Source of the DNA: Treponemataceae bacterium
GTDB taxonomy: Bacteria; Spirochaetota; Spirochaetia; Treponematales; Rectinemataceae
Direction of reading: 5' to 3'
DNA length: 64,000 bases
Assembly: GCA_963667725.2 (NCBI GenBank)
Contig: CAXXHO010000003.1
Location: 928,001 to 992,000 of the forward strand
Within the stretch, counting starts at the first letter, position 1; every line of letters starts with the position of its first letter. The position numbers were made by a program, and so were the translations under genes. Shown piece by piece: positions 62,301 to 64,000 of the stretch. The notes beneath the pieces were generated by a model that saw only the letters and a program-made list of their open reading frames with translations, did no database searches and had not been told where the DNA came from.

Positions 62301-64000
62301 CAGCGGAGGATTCAGCCTCAGCGGGGACTATGAGAAGGTAGCCTGGGCCGTCGGGAATTTGAGAGGGGATCTGGAGCTCGATAGCGGCAAGGTCGTTGTA
62401 AAAGGCTCCGGGATAGGGGACGGAAGTAAGTTTGAGATCAAGGATCTGATTCTCGAGACGGGAGCGGAAAATATCAGCGTGAAAGGCTCAGGCGAATATG
62501 GCGCCGGCATAAAGTTCGCCGGAGACGTCGGATTCCGGGGGATGAATTATGGGGTGGAAGGAGCCTATGAAAATGGCCTGGTAAAGCTTAAAGGCGATTA
62601 TGGGCTCGAGGGGGAGGCGCAGATAGGCGACGACGGCACGTACAAGGGCAGCCTTAAGGCCAAGGGCTTCCCGTTGACGATGTCTGACGGCCTGGTCTAT
62701 GGAGATCTTTCGCTTCGCGGCACCTTTGGCGCCGACAAAGTCTGGCGGATCGACGGAGACGATATCGGTCTACGCTATGAATATGAAGGCGAGTATGAGT
62801 ATCCGACGCTTGGCATGAAAGGAGTAAAGATCAGCGAAGGCAGGCTGGATGTCGGCACGCTGACGGTTACGGGAAAGGACTATGGACTTTCAGGGTATCT
62901 GAACATCGGGTATAAAAACTTGCTGACGAAACCCGCTATCGCTTTGGATGGATCGCTGAGAAACTCGAAGAACGTCGTTGAGACCTACAATGTAAGCGCG
63001 ACGTATGTCGATGGAATCGTCGACGCGAAAATCGGCATCGCGGGCTTCCCGCTTGAGCGATATGTCAAAAAAGACATAAAGGGCGCGATAGAGGGAACCA
63101 TCAGCATTCTGGGACCATTAGATCAGGCGGCGCTGAAGCTGGATCAGCTGGACTTGAAAATCCTTCCTCCCGCCAAACTGGACGTCAAGCTGATCGGGGG
63201 AGAATATAGGAACATTCCCATCAAGATGACGGCTTCCGGATCGCTTGAAAAAGGACTTCTCAAGATTGTTTCGCCCAAGATTGATTACCTGAATCACCAG
63301 GCGGAAAACATAAGCGCGGCGATATTGCCGGCGGAAGGCAGGATAAATCTCAGCTTTGACTACAGGACGGTGCTGGGGAGCGAACGTCTGGAGACCAGCG
63401 TCGTCGCCGAGGCTCGAATACACGGCGCATCAGCCGACGCATCCGCTAACGCGAGCGCGGAAGACAAGGGTTTTTCCGCCGAATTCTCCGGAAAGCTATT
63501 AAATGCCAAATATCGTGAAACTTTAGTGGATCGCTGGGAGTTTTCTGGTACATACGGGAACGGAAATCTTTCCTTTAACGGCGACAGGGGAGGGCTGATG
63601 GCGAACATTGGCGCCGATGGAGCCTTCGACGTAGTGATGAAGGATAGATTTCCCGTTTCCGCAACCATAAAGGGGACCATGTCGAGCAATATCGTGACAG
63701 CATCCATGGAAAATCTCGAGATCGATCTGAAGAAATTCAGTTCGGTTCTGCCGACGGGGAAAATCTCCTTGCTCGATGGAGTCCTGACAGGCGACCTTAT
63801 GCTCAAAGGTCCGCTCTCCGACCCGGAGATAAACGGCGCGCTCACCCTGAAAAAAGCCAAGATTCTGTCCAGGGAATTGGTGCTGGGCGAGCTGGGTCCA
63901 TTCTCCACGACACTCAACTTTACCGGCAAGAATATCGAAATGGCTCCAGCGACGGTGCCTCTTGAAAAGGGAGTCGTGGAGGTCTCGGCGTCGGGCCTTC
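56392..64000 (+). CDS. Giant TamB/AsmA-like protein (>2,536 aa, 3' end outside the window) with tandem super-repeats
   Basis: Frame +1 is open from ATG 56392 to the end. N-terminal TM anchor MARKSAKLAWAVIIAVLVAGILAVY; all-beta Gly-rich body; TamB-like LDGVLTGDLMLKGPLSDPEINGAL near the end; divergent from tmk. Confidence 0.8.
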   Translation, partial: MARKSAKLAWAVIIAVLVAGILAVYTVPRVRKYADRRIETVISSLQDTVFSITGLRLGYGYAALSSSSRVSIHDIELFQETADDYSVLRRKVISAGDLELRIDLWAAIFGKPADIIREIRVSAISIDLEFPDDFSIYNNISKYLADQPAGEMPRLSIDLSDISIGIRDGERGKYGASISSLQVSTISGLLELVAPSAIVFASVPAAEAQEVFLQVTMARVSMPSDSSGLTASLGLSARYGTMTLAEQKIAIAKSGEKFELKLGNGNGLEGVLRYTPGQEALDGEIRLKEYRPEADLSGFDAVLKDLFGLKYQGEVLFSYGKDGLSYEGRLQAAGEAGKRVGGLSAEGAELEAVGKGNAEGLEELRLRGRAGDYTLAYEGPLDYQGLKIIGAVSLSAGDETVRGELKGENGSYALSVGDAVLKGFKISDLMAGVEKRGDIYSLRLKGELEKDGQSVSLDGTGKYGTELSFKIKLAYQDRSYLLEGTYGKGLVSLNGGYGLSGEVRFLDEGAFSGSIKAQGLPLAVDGGVLYLDLSLRGNYAANGIWKVEGDEVRVRYEGKGEIPAIGLKGLKLDAGKLSVKTLSLQGNGYGLSGGLRGSYGEKALEGSASLVGEGMLGGGTARYELSLGYGEGSGKLKLQVDGYDLGLIGVDGYRAKALLEGSGELSLEELLRGEYGRLDGWVLKGKAGLAGSAGLASSAVSISDQRLELSKAGKELSLKIGNGRGFDAILRYALGEESVTGAVTLKGYKPEGDVLGLAGALKELLALRYDGGASFAYDKSGLRYEGDVFVKGETGQKVSGLPVAGASVELAGKGNERGFGEIAVKGILGDYRIGYEGSFGYEGLAAAGEISLSKDGEALRGTVKGERGTYDVTVGAGLLGGVELKNLTAGIKSEADRYGLRLKTEIGAGRVEGDGFILKGNSDYEWRMNLQDLDMLGILSVARGFGVQLSADGIGQASLSGSLSIKGDKGKSSWAAFGMEGALDVDGTKILLTGSGSGDESWYEIRGLEAEVAGETVSINGKGEFGALTKFAGNLGYRGVNYRLEGTYSKGLATLKGEYGLDAEVVIGKDGTLKGSLKARAFPLALDEGRMYGDLSLRGFYGADKAWRLEGDEIALRYEGNGAFPALWMNGLKVSGGVVDVAALTLRGEGYGLSGSLSGSFGAKGIEGRGHFIGEGSLGSGLAQYNLDLGYGEGQGRLKIGLSGYDLGIVGLKGFRAHASLEGSGELSPEELLRGELGKLDGWVLRGKAGLEGDALTLNDQDIEISKAADLLSLKVGNGKGFEGLLRYSLDGKELEGQVLLAAYRPEGDIATRIPLLRDLSGLLFEGGAALSYGESGLSYEGQILALGEASRLVGGVSTDGARFEAAGKGDGIGLAKVALRGVLGTYELSYDGLLRYEGLKVAGGLSFSAGADIVQGNLKGEKGIYELTIGQASIMGIGIRGLAAGLERKADSYGLTLSGELEKDGETVRVKATGEYGTDLKFAAELGYRGVAYGLDGTFENGQLTMKGGYGLVGKLVIGEGKAIEGSLSARDLPLAVDGGMVYGNLSLRGAYGKDRSWWVEGDEVGLRYEGKEKYPILGMKGLRIGGGRAEVDSLTLEGEGYGLSGSLKGSYGGEGTEAFEGSGIFIGEKALGGGSAIYELSFGYGEGRGRIRLGVDGYDLGFAGLKGYRANASLAGSGDLSWAELVKGELGKLDTWVMRGKAGLFGDAMTLSEQGLELRKIGDLLTLSVGNKNGFEGAVSYALGAKSAGGEILLDGYSPEKDLIGLDGILKDLLGLKYGGKAVFAYGESGLTYAGDIVVQGEAGRKIGGQSVEGMLMEVIGKGDLTGLGELTLKGSFEGYTLGYGGSLSYEGMKVAGALSLSKGEEAVLGFVKGEKGAYELSVGDGTLGGIRLQGLLAAVEEKEERYDIRLNGELAGGKIEAEGSLLKGKKGYEGRMSLQDTEIMGLLRLAEVFGLKVPEVGLKKALVSGGFSLSGDYEKVAWAVGNLRGDLELDSGKVVVKGSGIGDGSKFEIKDLILETGAENISVKGSGEYGAGIKFAGDVGFRGMNYGVEGAYENGLVKLKGDYGLEGEAQIGDDGTYKGSLKAKGFPLTMSDGLVYGDLSLRGTFGADKVWRIDGDDIGLRYEYEGEYEYPTLGMKGVKISEGRLDVGTLTVTGKDYGLSGYLNIGYKNLLTKPAIALDGSLRNSKNVVETYNVSATYVDGIVDAKIGIAGFPLERYVKKDIKGAIEGTISILGPLDQAALKLDQLDLKILPPAKLDVKLIGGEYRNIPIKMTASGSLEKGLLKIVSPKIDYLNHQAENISAAILPAEGRINLSFDYRTVLGSERLETSVVAEARIHGASADASANASAEDKGFSAEFSGKLLNAKYRETLVDRWEFSGTYGNGNLSFNGDRGGLMANIGADGAFDVVMKDRFPVSATIKGTMSSNIVTASMENLEIDLKKFSSVLPTGKISLLDGVLTGDLMLKGPLSDPEINGALTLKKAKILSRELVLGELGPFSTTLNFTGKNIEMAPATVPLEKGVVEVSASGL
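57115..62900 (+). repeat. Four diverged intragenic repeat units starting at 57115, 58489, 60157 and 61522
   Basis: Recurring motifs in each unit: (L/I)xxQx(I/L)x(I/L)xK, GN(G/K)xG(F/L), Y(R/K/S)PExD, (D/N)LSLRG, GD(E/D)xxxRYE, YGLSG; units 1-3 also have GYGEG, GYDLG, LD(G/T)WV..GKAGL. Confidence 0.92.

Noticed and set aside
57115..62900. Repeats as a mis-assembly or a DGR template/variable-repeat pair
   Set aside because: Units differ throughout at all base types and include in-frame indels; there is no adenine-specific pattern and no reverse transcriptase in the window.
56703..63929. Short ORFs listed in the last 7.5 kb, making it look gene-poor
   Set aside because: All are shadows of the single open frame starting at 56392.

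Overview
This is a GC-rich chromosomal housekeeping window from a spirochaete. The lineage is inferred as Treponematales-like from the kinetoplastid-type GAPDH, the TP0733-like barrel and the spirochaete-style gene order. It contains rarA (partial), PBP1A, a gap-pgk-[cysE]-tpiA-secG cluster, a complete V/A-type ATPase operon, nusB-map-htrA, glgC, an MrfA/MrfB-like helicase-exonuclease pair, rlmN/rsmD/smpB, tandem signal peptidases, hemW-pdxY, murI-rsgA-mutS2-yebC-ruvCAB-queA and tmk. I saw no tRNA, rRNA, CRISPR array or mobile element. The main surprise is absent from the ORF track because it runs off the window: a >2,536-aa TamB/AsmA-like membrane-anchored ORF (56392..>64000). Its middle is four diverged tandem super-repeats of about 455-556 aa in short-long-short-long order, suggesting a greatly lengthened periplasmic bridge protein. 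Other oddities are an amber stop splitting a TPR gene, a LepB paralogue without the catalytic Lys, cysE inserted in the glycolytic operon, and a 12-bp repeat/hairpin running through the tmk stop.
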